A stretch of 64,000 bases of DNA. Origin: Verrucomicrobiota bacterium (lineage in GTDB: Bacteria > Verrucomicrobiota > Verrucomicrobiia > Verrucomicrobiales > DEV007). The notes under the pieces were generated by a model. That model was given only the letters and a program-made list of their open reading frames with translations. It made no database searches and was not told the DNA's origin. Made by a program: the position numbers and the translations under genes. Where the stretch lies: positions 1 through 64,000 of the forward strand of contig JASFYY010000050.1 in assembly GCA_045046875.1 (NCBI GenBank). Reading direction: 5' to 3'. Below are positions 7,539 through 17,914 of the stretch, in pieces. How positions within the stretch are numbered: the first letter of the stretch is position 1; each line of letters starts with the position of its first letter.

Positions 7539-10500
7539 ATGATGAAAAAAAGGTTGGGTTGTTTGGTTGCCGGGGTGTTTGGGCTTTGTTTGCTGACGCA
7601 GGCGGCGGATGAGAAGGGGGTGTCGTTTGAGCGGCGACAGTTGGCGGATGTTTTTTATTCGGAGGGGGCTTGTTTTGGCGATGTGGATAAAGACGGAGTG
7701 AATGATGTGGTCTCGGGGCCTTATGTTTATTTTGGGCCGGACTATGGACGCAAAGCGGAGATTTATCCGCCCAAGCCTTTTAATAAAAAGGGGTATTCGG
7801 ATAACTTTTTTTCATTCACCGATGATTTTAATGGTGACGGCTGGGTGGATGTATTGGTGCTGGGGTTTCCGGGCAAGGAGGCGGTATGGTTTGAAAATCC
7901 GGGCAATCCGATCAAGAATGGTAAGGATGGTAATGCTCACTGGGAGAGACATGTGGTGTTTGATGTCGTGGATAATGAATCACCTGCTTATGAGGATGTG
8001 ACCGGTGATGGCAAACGGGAGATCATTTGTTCTAAAAACGGGGCATTGGGTTACGTGAGTCCTAACTGGAAAAATCCGACGACGGCTTGGGTTTTTCATA
8101 AGATCTCGAAGGATAAAGCGACGGGAGCCCGGTTCACGCACGGTCTTGGTATCGGTGATGTGAATGGAGACGGTAGGATGGATTTTCTGGCCAAGGATGG
8201 TTGGTGGCAGCAACCGCAATCTTTGCAGGGCGATCCGCTTTGGGAAAAACATGCTTTTGCATTTTCGGGGGCTGGTGGGGCGCAGATGTATGCTTACGAT
8301 TTTGACGGAGATGGCGACAACGATGTGCTGACCAGTTTGGCGGCGCACGGTTATGGTCTGGTTTGGTATGAGCAGGTGGAAGGGGAGGCGAAATTCAACC
8401 AGCATGTGATTGTCGGAGCGACTCCGGCAGAGAATCCCTACGGGGTGAGTTTCAGTCAGATGCACGGCATCGATCTGGTGGATGTGGATGGGGACGGGGT
8501 GAAGGATATCGTGACCGGCAAACGCCATTGGGCGCATAACGGGCATGATCCGGGTGGCAATGACCCGGCGGTTTTGTATTGGTTTCGTACGGTGAGAAAA
8601 TCCGGTGCGGGGGGGGTGGATTTTGTGCCACATCAGATTGATGACGACTCGGGGGTCGGGGTGGGTGTGGTGGCACGGGATTTGAACGGCGACAAGCTGG
8701 TGGACATTCTAGTGGGTAATAAAAAGGGCACTTTTGTGCATTTGCAGAAACGGAGAGAGGGCCCGTCGGCGGGTCGGGCTTTGCGCCCGCCAAAGCGCAC
8801 GGCTCTGGTTGAGAAGGGGTATCAGCCGGCAGAGGCTTTGGCGAAAATGACTCTGACCGAGGGCTTTAATGTGAGCTTGGTGGCGGCTGAGCCGGACATC
8901 AAACAGCCGATCGCGATGACGATCGATTCACGCGGGCGGATCTGGGTGGCGGAGGCTTATTCTTATCCTTTTCGTCAGCCTGAGGACAAGGCGCGTGACC
9001 GGATTGTGATCTTTGAAGACAAGGATGGCGACGGCAGCTTTGAGACCCGCAAGGTTTTTACCGAAGGGTTGAATTTGGTCAGCGGTTTGGAAGTGGGTTT
9101 TGGTGGGGTGTGGGTGGGGGCGGCTCCCTATCTGATGTTTATCCCGGACAAGGATGGTGACGATCAACCGGACGGCGAGCCGCAGATTTTACTTGATGGC
9201 TGGGGTTATCAGGATACTCACGAGACACTGAATGCCTTCACCTGGGGGCCGGATGGTTGGTTGTATGGTTGTCACGGAGTGTTCACACATTCGAAGGTGG
9301 GAAAACCCGGAACGCCGGAAAAGGATCGCACTCCGATGAATGCGGGGGTGTGGCGGTATCACCCTGAGAAACATCAGTTCGAGGTGTTTGCCTGGGGTTC
9401 GAGCAATCCCTGGGGAGTGGATTTTAACGATTATGGTCAGGCGTTTATCACCGCTTGTGTGATTCCGCATTTGTATCATGTGATCCAAGGGGCGCGTTAT
9501 CAGCGGCAGGGAGGGCAGCATTTTAATAAATATGTGTTTGATGACATCAAGACGATCGCTGATCATCCACACTATGCGGGCAACATCCGTGATCATGCGC
9601 ACTGGGGCAAATCAACGCCGCCCCCGCAGAGCACCCTGGCGGCGGGAGGTGGGCATGCTCACTGTGGGCTGTCGATCTACCTAGGTGATAATTTTCCGCA
9701 AGAATATCGCGGCAGTTTGTTGTTCGATAATATCCACGGGCATGGCATTGTGCAGGACAAGGTGACCCGTCAGGGTTCGGGTTTTGTGGGCAAACATGCT
9801 CCGGATTTTATGTATTCCAATGACCGTTGGTTCATGGGGGTGGCGTTTCGAGTGGGACCGGATGGAGCTATGTATTTCATCGATTGGTATGATACCCAGA
9901 ATTGTCATCGCCGGGATCAGGAGGTCTGGGATCGTAGTAATGGGCGCTTGTATAAGATGGCTTATGGCACGCCGAAAGCACCGCCGCTGGGTTTTGATGT
10001 GGCGAAGATGAGTGACGCTGAATTGGTGAAATTGCAGTTGCATCAAAATGACTGGTGGGTGCGCACCGCGCGGCGGGTGCTACAGGAAAGAGCGATGACG
10101 GGGAAACTCGAAGGTGACGTGGCCAAATTGGCATTGAAAAAAATCCTCCAGGACCATCCGGATCTGACCCGCAAGCTGCGCGCTTTGTGGGCATTAAAAG
10201 TGATCAAGGGATTGAGTGAAGCCGAGCAGTTGGCGCTGTTGGATTCTGCGGACGAGTATGTGCGGGGCTGGGTGATCCAGTTTTTGGGAGAAAACCGAGA
10301 TGTGAGTGATGGGGTTTTAGCAAAATGCGTGGTTTTGGCGAAGAGTGATTCATCGCCTGTGGTTCGGCTTTATTTGGCGGCCTTGGCTCAGCGCCTGCCT
10401 TTGGGCAAACGTTGGGATTTGGTGAAGAATCTCGTCGGGCACAAGGAGGATGCGGCGGACCACAACCTGCCGTTGATGAATTGGTATGCGATTGAGCCGC

Positions 10501-12173
10501 TGGTGATGGCCGATCCGGTGCGGGCGCTTGAGTTGGCCGGGCAAGCAAAAATCCCTACGGTGTCGAGTTATATTTATCGCCGCCTGGCGGTGGAGGAGTC
10601 CGGGCGGGAGCAGTTGTTGCAGCGGATCACCTCTTTAAAAGGAAAAGCCGGGCCGCAAAAGCAGATTCTGGTGGAGATAGCCGGAGTCTTGCGTGAGCGG
10701 GCGAATGTGCCGATGCCGAAGGCGTGGAATCAAGCGTATCTGAGTATGAAGGATAGTGGGGATGCGGTGATGAAATCAGACTTGAGTTTGTTGGGCATCA
10801 AGTTCGGTGATCAACGCATGTTGCCGGAGTTCCGGAATATTCTGGCCAATTCAAAATCGAAGCTTGCCGAGCGGCAGACGGCTTTGGCGACCTTGCTGGC
10901 TGCTCGCGACAAAGAAGCACTGCCGGTTTTTTATGAAATCATCCGCGGACCGGAATCCCCGCTGAAAGCTTCGGTGATCAGGGGTTTGGCTGGGTACAAG
11001 AGCGGGCAAACGGCAAAAGTATTGCTTGGCCAATATACAAAATTCAGCATGGGGGAGAAAACGGATGCGGTGCAGACGCTGGCGTCTAATAAAGAAGACG
11101 CGTTGTTGTTGTTGGCAGCGATAGGGGATGGGCGGATTCCCCGCGCCGATCTGGGTGCTTTTAGCGCCCGGCAGATGGGGGCGTTGAAGAGCGAAGCGGT
11201 GAACCAGGCTTTGGAGGAAAACTGGGGTAAGGTGGGCGAGGCATCAAAAGCGAAAAAAGACGAGGTTTCTCGTTATAAAAAGATGTTGAGCAAAGCTTAT
11301 ATGAATGGTGCGAATGCCAGCAATGGGCGTCACTTGTTCAATCAGACTTGTTTTGCTTGTCACCAACTGTTTGGCGAGGGCAATGGAGTGGGGCCGGATC
11401 TCACGGGCTCGGATCGCGGTAATTTGGATTATTTGCTGGAGAATATCATCGACCCCAGCTCGGTGGTGGGTAAGGACTACCGCTTGACGATTTTGACCCT
11501 GAAAGATGGACGGGTGCTGTCGGGCATGGTGCGTAAACAAAATGACAGTGCGCTGACCGTAGCCATTGCCGGAGGAGCGGAGGTGGTGATCGCTAGGGCG
11601 GAGATAGAAAAAAAAGAAGCTTTGCCGGTGTCGATGATGCCGGAGGGGATCTTGCAGGTTTTTGACAAGGGGCAGGTGGCTGATCTGATTGCCTATCTGC
11701 AGAGTCCGAAGCAGGTTCGTTTGACCGAGCCCGGCGAGACGATTTTGCAGGGGGAGGGGCTCAAAGTGGTGAAATCCACCGGGCAGGTCAGGCCTCAGTC
11801 GATGAAAAATTTCAAGGCTGACAAGTGGGACGGGGATTCACATTTGTGGTGGACGGGAGCGAAACCGGGGGATGAACTGGTGGTGGAGTTCAGTGTGCCT
11901 GAGGAGGGTAAATATGATCTGGCGGTGAATCTGACCAAAGCCAGGGACTACGGGGTGTTTGAGTTACGATTGGGAGACGGTGAGTTGTTGCTGGAGCAGG
12001 TGGATTTGTTTAACGGCCAGGATGTGGTCACTAGCGGAGAGATCCCACTGGGGCAACATCAGCTCAAGGCAGGCAAACAGACTCTGGTCATCAAAGTGGT
12101 CGGAGCCAATAAAGCAGCGGTGAAAGGCTTCATGTTTGCTTTGGACTATTTAAGAATGGTGAAACGTCCCTGA
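7539..12173 (+). CDS. PVC-type heme-binding CxxCH membrane-bound dehydrogenase-like protein with N-terminal FG-GAP/VCBS repeats, HEAT repeats and C-terminal beta-sandwich
   Basis: Signal peptide MMKKRLGCLVAG; DxDGDG repeats; propeller (AEPDIKQPIAMTIDSRGRIWVAE, WGPDGWLYG); CFACH...GPDLTG...IIDPS...SMMPEG. The ORF-track start 7410 lies inside the intergenic repeats. Confidence 0.9.
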   Translation: MMKKRLGCLVAGVFGLCLLTQAADEKGVSFERRQLADVFYSEGACFGDVDKDGVNDVVSGPYVYFGPDYGRKAEIYPPKPFNKKGYSDNFFSFTDDFNGDGWVDVLVLGFPGKEAVWFENPGNPIKNGKDGNAHWERHVVFDVVDNESPAYEDVTGDGKREIICSKNGALGYVSPNWKNPTTAWVFHKISKDKATGARFTHGLGIGDVNGDGRMDFLAKDGWWQQPQSLQGDPLWEKHAFAFSGAGGAQMYAYDFDGDGDNDVLTSLAAHGYGLVWYEQVEGEAKFNQHVIVGATPAENPYGVSFSQMHGIDLVDVDGDGVKDIVTGKRHWAHNGHDPGGNDPAVLYWFRTVRKSGAGGVDFVPHQIDDDSGVGVGVVARDLNGDKLVDILVGNKKGTFVHLQKRREGPSAGRALRPPKRTALVEKGYQPAEALAKMTLTEGFNVSLVAAEPDIKQPIAMTIDSRGRIWVAEAYSYPFRQPEDKARDRIVIFEDKDGDGSFETRKVFTEGLNLVSGLEVGFGGVWVGAAPYLMFIPDKDGDDQPDGEPQILLDGWGYQDTHETLNAFTWGPDGWLYGCHGVFTHSKVGKPGTPEKDRTPMNAGVWRYHPEKHQFEVFAWGSSNPWGVDFNDYGQAFITACVIPHLYHVIQGARYQRQGGQHFNKYVFDDIKTIADHPHYAGNIRDHAHWGKSTPPPQSTLAAGGGHAHCGLSIYLGDNFPQEYRGSLLFDNIHGHGIVQDKVTRQGSGFVGKHAPDFMYSNDRWFMGVAFRVGPDGAMYFIDWYDTQNCHRRDQEVWDRSNGRLYKMAYGTPKAPPLGFDVAKMSDAELVKLQLHQNDWWVRTARRVLQERAMTGKLEGDVAKLALKKILQDHPDLTRKLRALWALKVIKGLSEAEQLALLDSADEYVRGWVIQFLGENRDVSDGVLAKCVVLAKSDSSPVVRLYLAALAQRLPLGKRWDLVKNLVGHKEDAADHNLPLMNWYAIEPLVMADPVRALELAGQAKIPTVSSYIYRRLAVEESGREQLLQRITSLKGKAGPQKQILVEIAGVLRERANVPMPKAWNQAYLSMKDSGDAVMKSDLSLLGIKFGDQRMLPEFRNILANSKSKLAERQTALATLLAARDKEALPVFYEIIRGPESPLKASVIRGLAGYKSGQTAKVLLGQYTKFSMGEKTDAVQTLASNKEDALLLLAAIGDGRIPRADLGAFSARQMGALKSEAVNQALEENWGKVGEASKAKKDEVSRYKKMLSKAYMNGANASNGRHLFNQTCFACHQLFGEGNGVGPDLTGSDRGNLDYLLENIIDPSSVVGKDYRLTILTLKDGRVLSGMVRKQNDSALTVAIAGGAEVVIARAEIEKKEALPVSMMPEGILQVFDKGQVADLIAYLQSPKQVRLTEPGETILQGEGLKVVKSTGQVRPQSMKNFKADKWDGDSHLWWTGAKPGDELVVEFSVPEEGKYDLAVNLTKARDYGVFELRLGDGELLLEQVDLFNGQDVVTSGEIPLGQHQLKAGKQTLVIKVVGANKAAVKGFMFALDYLRMVKRP

Positions 12174-12233
12174 TAATTGCCACAAGTGGTCTTGCAATCA
12201 GCGGGTGAAAAGGATACATGATGGAGAACTATC

Positions 12234-13208
12234 ATGAAAAAATTCCTTTTTATTCTCGTCGTGGCGTCAGTGGGCGCTGCTTGGTATTTTTACGATCCGC
12301 ACTTGAAACCTTATATTGGTTCTTACGTGGAACAGGCGCAAAAGGTGATGAACAGCGCCAAGGGCGATAATTTTTCGCAGGAAGAAACGAATCCTAGCGA
12401 AAAATCCAGCGAAGATCCGGCTCCGCAGGATAAACCGCCGACAAAAAAAGCTAAGCTGAAGAAGGTCGCAAAAATTGAAAAAAAAGAGCAGTCATTGCCG
12501 ATGTCGGATATGGATGTTTTGTTGGCAAAGCGTTATCCGATGCCGGATATCAAACCTTTGTTGGAGATTGTTGATAACTGGAACCGGGTGCCGAGCAAAG
12601 CTTACCCCAAACAAGTGGTGATCAATGAGCGCATTGCTTTTCAATTGATCGTAGAGGGGAAAGCCATCGGGGCCAGTGTGGCTGTGCCCGGTACGGCAGT
12701 GGCTCCGTTACGCCTGGACAGGGGCACTCTGTATGTGATGAGTCTGGCAAACCAGTCGATGAAATCGCAGATTTCGGTGGATCAGACCGATTTCAAACAG
12801 CAGGTGCAAAAGCGCTATGATGTCTTTGTGGTCAAAACCCGAAACCAGGTGACGTCCAACCGGGCCAAAGCCAAAAAAAAGTTGGCCTCCAACCCAGAGG
12901 TTTACAAAAACTTTGGCAAAGCGGCGGCGGGTTGGGATGACCCGAACGACTCGCGTTTTGAATTGGTGAAAGCGAGCCTGGCAAAAGGAGATGTGAAAGC
13001 GGTGCAGCTGAGTGAGGCCAAGCAATTTCGCTGGAATGGATCTGAGAAAATCAACGGGGATTTGTATCGTGGGACTTACGATACGGTGTCGGTGAAGTTC
13101 GAAGTGAAGACGATTTTCGGGGTTTTCCCCAATGAGTTTAAGTGTCTGCTTCAGGCAGGTAGAGTGGTGGGTTGGATCGATCCGCTTACTTTGGAAGAAA
13201 AAATATAA
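12234..13208 (+). CDS. Hypothetical protein with N-terminal membrane anchor
   Basis: 324-aa ORF, hydrophobic N-terminus MKKFLFILVVASVGAAWYFY; no recognised motif. Confidence 0.75.
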   Translation: MKKFLFILVVASVGAAWYFYDPHLKPYIGSYVEQAQKVMNSAKGDNFSQEETNPSEKSSEDPAPQDKPPTKKAKLKKVAKIEKKEQSLPMSDMDVLLAKRYPMPDIKPLLEIVDNWNRVPSKAYPKQVVINERIAFQLIVEGKAIGASVAVPGTAVAPLRLDRGTLYVMSLANQSMKSQISVDQTDFKQQVQKRYDVFVVKTRNQVTSNRAKAKKKLASNPEVYKNFGKAAAGWDDPNDSRFELVKASLAKGDVKAVQLSEAKQFRWNGSEKINGDLYRGTYDTVSVKFEVKTIFGVFPNEFKCLLQAGRVVGWIDPLTLEEKI

Positions 13209-13219
13209 ACCTTGGAAAG

Positions 13220-15172
13220 ATGAAAAATTGTTTAATATCAGGACTAGTTATTTTTGCAAATCTCGCCGTATGTGCGCAAGCTCTGGAGCCCATTCCGGCG
13301 ATTGAACGTCGACTTCCTCCCAAAGGGGTGGAATTGCCTGCTGAGCTGCGCGTGAAACTGGAGACGGAGCTGAAGGGACTGCAAGCCCGGGTGGGGCAGT
13401 TAAAAGCGAAGAAGGTGGATACGCTGGATGCGGAGGTTTTTGTGAAAGCCCTGCGCTATTCACTGGTCAATGGTGAGTATTTCCGCGACAAGGATTTTGT
13501 CCTGGGGGAAAAGATGGTGACTTTGGCAAAAGAGCGACTCGCGGGGTTGGAAAAGGGTGAGACTCCATGGCATGAACAGCGTGGGGCTTTGGTGCGGGGA
13601 CTGAGATCGAAGATTGACGGTTCGGTGCAGCCTTACGGTTTGTTCATCCCTGAAGAGTTGAAATTGAACAAGCCGGTGCCTTTGTTGGTGTGGTTGCATG
13701 GGCGTGGGGATACGGTGACGGATATGCATTTCATCAATCGTTCGCTGACTAGAAACGCGGCTTTGGGGCGCTTTTTTGATTCGCAGAAAATGATAACAGT
13801 GGCGCCATTTGGACGTCAGTGCATTGGGTGGAAACATTCGGGTGAAATCGATATTTTTGAAGCCATCGAGCAGGTGAAAAAACAATACAAGATCGATGCG
13901 GATCGTATTGTGTTGGCGGGTTTTTCCATGGGGGGCGCTGGCACCTGGCACGTGGGGGCGCATTACACGGATCAATTTGCCGGGGTGTATCCGGGGGCAG
14001 GTTTTGTTGATGTGGCCAAATACAACCGGATCAAAAAAGAGGACTTCCCCGTTTGGTATGAGCAGACATTGTGGGGGATGTATGATGTGCCTGGTTATGT
14101 TCGGAATTTGTTCAATGTGCCGATCACGGTTTACACGGGAGAGGAAGACAAGGCGCGGCCTCAATCCGAGTTGATGGTGACCAGTTTTGCCAAGGAAGGT
14201 AGCAAGTTGGAGCATTTGATCGGCCCTGGGATGGGGCACAAATACCACCCGGATGTGGCAAAAAAAATCCAGGGCTTGATTGAGAAAAATGCGCAAGACG
14301 GGATCAATCATTTTCCGCCCAAGGTGTCACTACAGACAAAAACCCTACGCTACCCGCGGATGTTCTGGGTGAAGGCTACGGGCTTGAAGGAGCATTGGAA
14401 AGACAGCCGGGTGGACGCCGAGATGCTGTATGACAATGTGGTGGAGGTGACGACCAAAAATGTGACATCTTTGAATTTGCTTAGAAAGCTGATCACCGGA
14501 ACAAAAATTACGATTGATGGTCAGGAAATCGTTTTGGGGAAAAATCTGGATAAAGTGAGCTTGCTCAAAACGGAGGATAAGTGGTCGCTCGCTGAACCGT
14601 CAGCGTCGCTGCGTAAAAAACCCAAACTGCAGGGTCCGATAGATGATGCCTTGATGGAGCCGTTTTTAGTGGTGACGCCGGATGGCAAATCAAACAATCA
14701 AATATTGGAGCGTTGGGTGCAGTTCGAGATGGCGCATTTTGACAAACGTTGGCGTGAATTGATGCGCGGCAAGTTGCGGGTGAAGCGGGCGGATCAAGTG
14801 AGTGTTGCGGATATTTCCCAATACAATCTGATTCTGTGGGGAAGTCCTGAGTCGAATTCGATGATGAAACGTCTGGCTGATAAGTTGCCAGTTAAATGGG
14901 AGGGTAAACAAATCGCTGTGGGTGGCAGGAAGTTTGATGCCAACTGGCATGTGCCGCAGTTGATTTATCCGAATCCTTTGAATCAAAAAAAGTACGTGGT
15001 GATCAACAGTGGGCATACTTTCCGCGAGGGGCATGACCGCACCAACTCCCTGCAGAACCCGAAATTGCCGGATTGGGTGATTTTGGACATGAGCCAAGTG
15101 CCGGATAATTTGTCAGCAGGTAAAGTGGTGGCGGCCGATTTTTTTGATGAGCTGTGGCGATTGAAAAAATGA
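13220..15172 (+). CDS. Secreted alpha/beta-hydrolase (prolyl oligopeptidase/esterase-like)
   Basis: Signal peptide; PLLVWLHGRG; nucleophile elbow GFSMGGAG; GMGH catalytic His. Confidence 0.85.
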   Translation: MKNCLISGLVIFANLAVCAQALEPIPAIERRLPPKGVELPAELRVKLETELKGLQARVGQLKAKKVDTLDAEVFVKALRYSLVNGEYFRDKDFVLGEKMVTLAKERLAGLEKGETPWHEQRGALVRGLRSKIDGSVQPYGLFIPEELKLNKPVPLLVWLHGRGDTVTDMHFINRSLTRNAALGRFFDSQKMITVAPFGRQCIGWKHSGEIDIFEAIEQVKKQYKIDADRIVLAGFSMGGAGTWHVGAHYTDQFAGVYPGAGFVDVAKYNRIKKEDFPVWYEQTLWGMYDVPGYVRNLFNVPITVYTGEEDKARPQSELMVTSFAKEGSKLEHLIGPGMGHKYHPDVAKKIQGLIEKNAQDGINHFPPKVSLQTKTLRYPRMFWVKATGLKEHWKDSRVDAEMLYDNVVEVTTKNVTSLNLLRKLITGTKITIDGQEIVLGKNLDKVSLLKTEDKWSLAEPSASLRKKPKLQGPIDDALMEPFLVVTPDGKSNNQILERWVQFEMAHFDKRWRELMRGKLRVKRADQVSVADISQYNLILWGSPESNSMMKRLADKLPVKWEGKQIAVGGRKFDANWHVPQLIYPNPLNQKKYVVINSGHTFREGHDRTNSLQNPKLPDWVILDMSQVPDNLSAGKVVAADFFDELWRLKK

Positions 15173-15197
15173 AGCGGGAAGGGGGATATCGAGCCGA

Positions 15198-15260
15198 GCC
15201 TGCGAGACCGCCAGCCGAGCAAAGTAATACAGGCAACCCGTAGGGTTGAGCGCAGCGTCC
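15198..15260 (+). repeat. REP-like intergenic element
   Basis: AGCCGAGC occurs twice and there is a CAACCC-GTA-GGGTTG stem; the start resembles the inserts at 5274 and 38425. Confidence 0.4.
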
Positions 15261-15420
15261 AAAGAATACGACTCGAAGGCAATATTGAACTATGGAGAAT
15301 GCTGAATATATGAAAAGCATCCATTAAGCCATTGGTGACGTAGTTGAATATTGAGGTTGAAAGTTTTCTAATTATCAGTCAGCTTCCGATTTGTCAGAGT
15401 TTGTTCAAACCTTTGTGATC

Positions 15421-16695
15421 ATGAATAAAAAAAATGTAGTATCGATTGCCGCTGGAGTATCCAGCCTGATGTTTTCCCTGTCTGCTTTCGCGGGGGATAA
15501 AGATGTCATTGTGGTAACGGAAGCGGAAGAGCCCGCCTCGGCGTTTTCAACTTTCATCAAGGATACGAGGCCTTTTGTCGATGGCCGTTTGCGTTTTGAG
15601 TGGGCTGATATTGGAGGTTTTGATGATGGTTCGGTGCTTTCGCTGCGCAATCGTTTTGGTATCGAGACCGGAAAGCTGGCGGGTTTTTCTTTTCTGGTGG
15701 AGGGAGAGCATACTTGGATCATGACTGATCCGGATAATTATAATGCTTATCCCGGGGTTCCGTCCAAGCGTAGTATTATCGCTGATCCGGAAAATCTGGT
15801 GCTGAACCGTTTGCAACTTGCTTTTGACGGGTTTGACAGCCACGTGGTGGCCGGACGTCAGCGGATCACCATTGATGATCACCGTTTCATCGGCAATGTT
15901 GGTTGGCGTCAGAATGAACAGACTTTTGATGCGGCTCTGTTTCAGAATCAGTCGATTGAAGATTTGAAACTGACTTATGGTTACATCGACCGGGTGAACC
16001 GCATTTTCGGAGAATACGCGCCGAGCGAGGGCTTGACTCGTTTTGAGTCCAACTCGCATCTTTTTCATGTTGAATACGCGGGTCTGGGCATCGGTAAGAT
16101 CAGGGCTTTCAGCTACTTGCTGGACCTAGGTGATGATAGTGGTCTGGCAAAAAAGTGGTCCACCAACACTTATGGAATAGAGCTTCAAGGCTCGCAGGAT
16201 ATTTCAGATTCGGGTCTCAGCTACAAATATTTGCTGACCGCCGCCTGGCAGGAGGATGCGGGGGCTAATCCGGTCAACTATGGCACGGGTTATTACCGCG
16301 CGGAGTTTGGTTTGAAGAAAAAAAGTGTTAACGGCGGCATCGGAGCAGAATTCCTCACCAGTGACGGTGGCAAGGCGGCCTTCCAGACGCCGCTGGCGAC
16401 GGGACATAAGTTTAATGGTTTTGCCGATGCTTTCCTGATAACGCCGGACACTGGTTTGCGTGATTATTACGCTTGGGTGGGCGCGACTTGTCCACTTAAA
16501 ATCAAGCATAAGCTGATCCTGCATTATTTCACCAGTGATCAAGGTAGTGACCGTTTGGGCTTCGAAACGGATTATGTGGCGGTCAAAAAAATCAACGATC
16601 ACTTTTCCGTGTTGCTGAAACTGGCTTTTCTCAATGGCAGTGGAAGTCAGGCTGATATTAGCCGGGCTTCGTTGCAGATGGATTATTCATTCTAA
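15421..16695 (+). CDS. Alginate-export-family-like outer-membrane porin
   Basis: Signal peptide; GRQRITIDDHRFIGNVGWRQNEQTFDA; FQTPLATGHKFNGFADAF; C-terminal DYSF. Confidence 0.8.
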   Translation: MNKKNVVSIAAGVSSLMFSLSAFAGDKDVIVVTEAEEPASAFSTFIKDTRPFVDGRLRFEWADIGGFDDGSVLSLRNRFGIETGKLAGFSFLVEGEHTWIMTDPDNYNAYPGVPSKRSIIADPENLVLNRLQLAFDGFDSHVVAGRQRITIDDHRFIGNVGWRQNEQTFDAALFQNQSIEDLKLTYGYIDRVNRIFGEYAPSEGLTRFESNSHLFHVEYAGLGIGKIRAFSYLLDLGDDSGLAKKWSTNTYGIELQGSQDISDSGLSYKYLLTAAWQEDAGANPVNYGTGYYRAEFGLKKKSVNGGIGAEFLTSDGGKAAFQTPLATGHKFNGFADAFLITPDTGLRDYYAWVGATCPLKIKHKLILHYFTSDQGSDRLGFETDYVAVKKINDHFSVLLKLAFLNGSGSQADISRASLQMDYSF

Positions 16696-16712
16696 GAGTT
16701 AATAACTGTTTC

Positions 16713-16741
16713 AATCACTGATTTCACTGATAAGCACTGAT
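16713..16741 (+). repeat. Triple CACTGAT mini-repeat
   Basis: AATCACTGATTTCACTGATAAGCACTGAT, spacing 9 and 10 bp, starting 18 nt after the stop at 16695. Confidence 0.7.
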
Positions 16742-16835
16742 GTTTATTTGAAAAGGATGTCTGAATAGTTACGAAGGGAAAGGGAGTGTGGGCAGCGGTG
16801 GATTTGGCTCTTCAGGCAGGGATTTAAAGCAGCAG

Positions 16836-16863
16836 TTGCCCTGAGCCGGGGAATCCCTATGGT
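16836..16863 (+). promoter_or_regulatory. Possible sigma70-type promoter of moaA
   Basis: TTGCCC-N16-TATGGT ending about 27 nt before the ATG. Confidence 0.3.
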
Positions 16864-16889
16864 GAAGGACTCGTTTAGTATTTGTAATC

Positions 16890-17894
16890 ATGGCAGTGTC
16901 CGATCAGTTTCAGCGTCCGCTAAGGGATCTTCGCATCTCGGTGACGGACCGGTGTAATTTTCGCTGCCGCTACTGCATGCCGGCAGAGGTGTTCGGGCCG
17001 GATTACCAATATTTGCCGCGTGAAGACATACTTGATTATGAGGAGATCACGCGCCTGGCGAAGGTTTTTTTATCCCTGGGAGTGCGCAAGCTCCGGCTTA
17101 CTGGCGGGGAACCGCTGCTGCGACGTGATTTGACGGCTTTGATCGGGCAGCTTGCGGCGCTTGACGGACTCGAGGATCTGGCGCTCACCACCAACGGCAC
17201 CGCTCTGGCAAAACAGGCGCAGGCTTTGAAGCTGGCGGGGTTGGAACGAATCACAGTTTCGTTGGATGCGCTCAATGAGGAGGTGTTCTCCCGGATGAAT
17301 GGGATCAATGCTTCGCCGGAAAAAGTGCTCGAAGGCATCGCGGCTGCCCAGGAGGTAGGCTTGACGGTTAAGGTCAATGCGGTGGTGCAGCGCGGCGTCA
17401 ATGAAACGGAATTGCTGCCTCTGGCCCAATATGCGGCGGATAAGGGGCTGATCCTGCGCTTTATCGAATACATGGATACCGGTGCGGCGCATGGATGGAA
17501 TTTGGAAAAAGTGCTGCCGAGCAAAGATTTGCTCACGCTATTTGGAAATCATTTTGAATTGGAAGCCTTGCCACAGAATCATCCGGGGGAGACGGCCGTG
17601 CGTCATCGCATTGTTGGCACGTCGGCTGAGTTGGGCTTTATTTCCTCGGTGACCGAGCCTTTTTGCAGCGCTTGCAATCGCGCCCGTTTGACTGCGGACG
17701 GGCATTTGTTCACTTGTTTGTTTGCTCCCAACGGTCACGACATCAAGACACTGTTGCGTCAGGGTTGCAGCGACGATGAACTGGCGGAACGGATCGGTGA
17801 GATCTGGGGCATGCGTTCTGATAGATATTCGGAAATCCGTTCTCATGCCACACCGGCCCAGCCGCGGCCTGAAATGTCTTATCTTGGAGGGTAG
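16890..17894 (+). CDS. moaA: GTP 3',8-cyclase MoaA (radical SAM)
   Basis: LRISVTDRCNFRCRYCM, TGGEPLLR, FCSACNRARLTADG..CLF, C-terminal MSYLGG. Confidence 0.97.
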   Translation: MAVSDQFQRPLRDLRISVTDRCNFRCRYCMPAEVFGPDYQYLPREDILDYEEITRLAKVFLSLGVRKLRLTGGEPLLRRDLTALIGQLAALDGLEDLALTTNGTALAKQAQALKLAGLERITVSLDALNEEVFSRMNGINASPEKVLEGIAAAQEVGLTVKVNAVVQRGVNETELLPLAQYAADKGLILRFIEYMDTGAAHGWNLEKVLPSKDLLTLFGNHFELEALPQNHPGETAVRHRIVGTSAELGFISSVTEPFCSACNRARLTADGHLFTCLFAPNGHDIKTLLRQGCSDDELAERIGEIWGMRSDRYSEIRSHATPAQPRPEMSYLGG

Positions 17895-17914
17895 TCAAGC
17901 TTAATTATTCACAA

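Noticed and set aside
16745..16889. Moco riboswitch upstream of moaA
   Set aside because: No recognisable Moco-motif architecture, and a candidate promoter lies only about 27 nt before the ATG. An Rfam cmscan would settle it.
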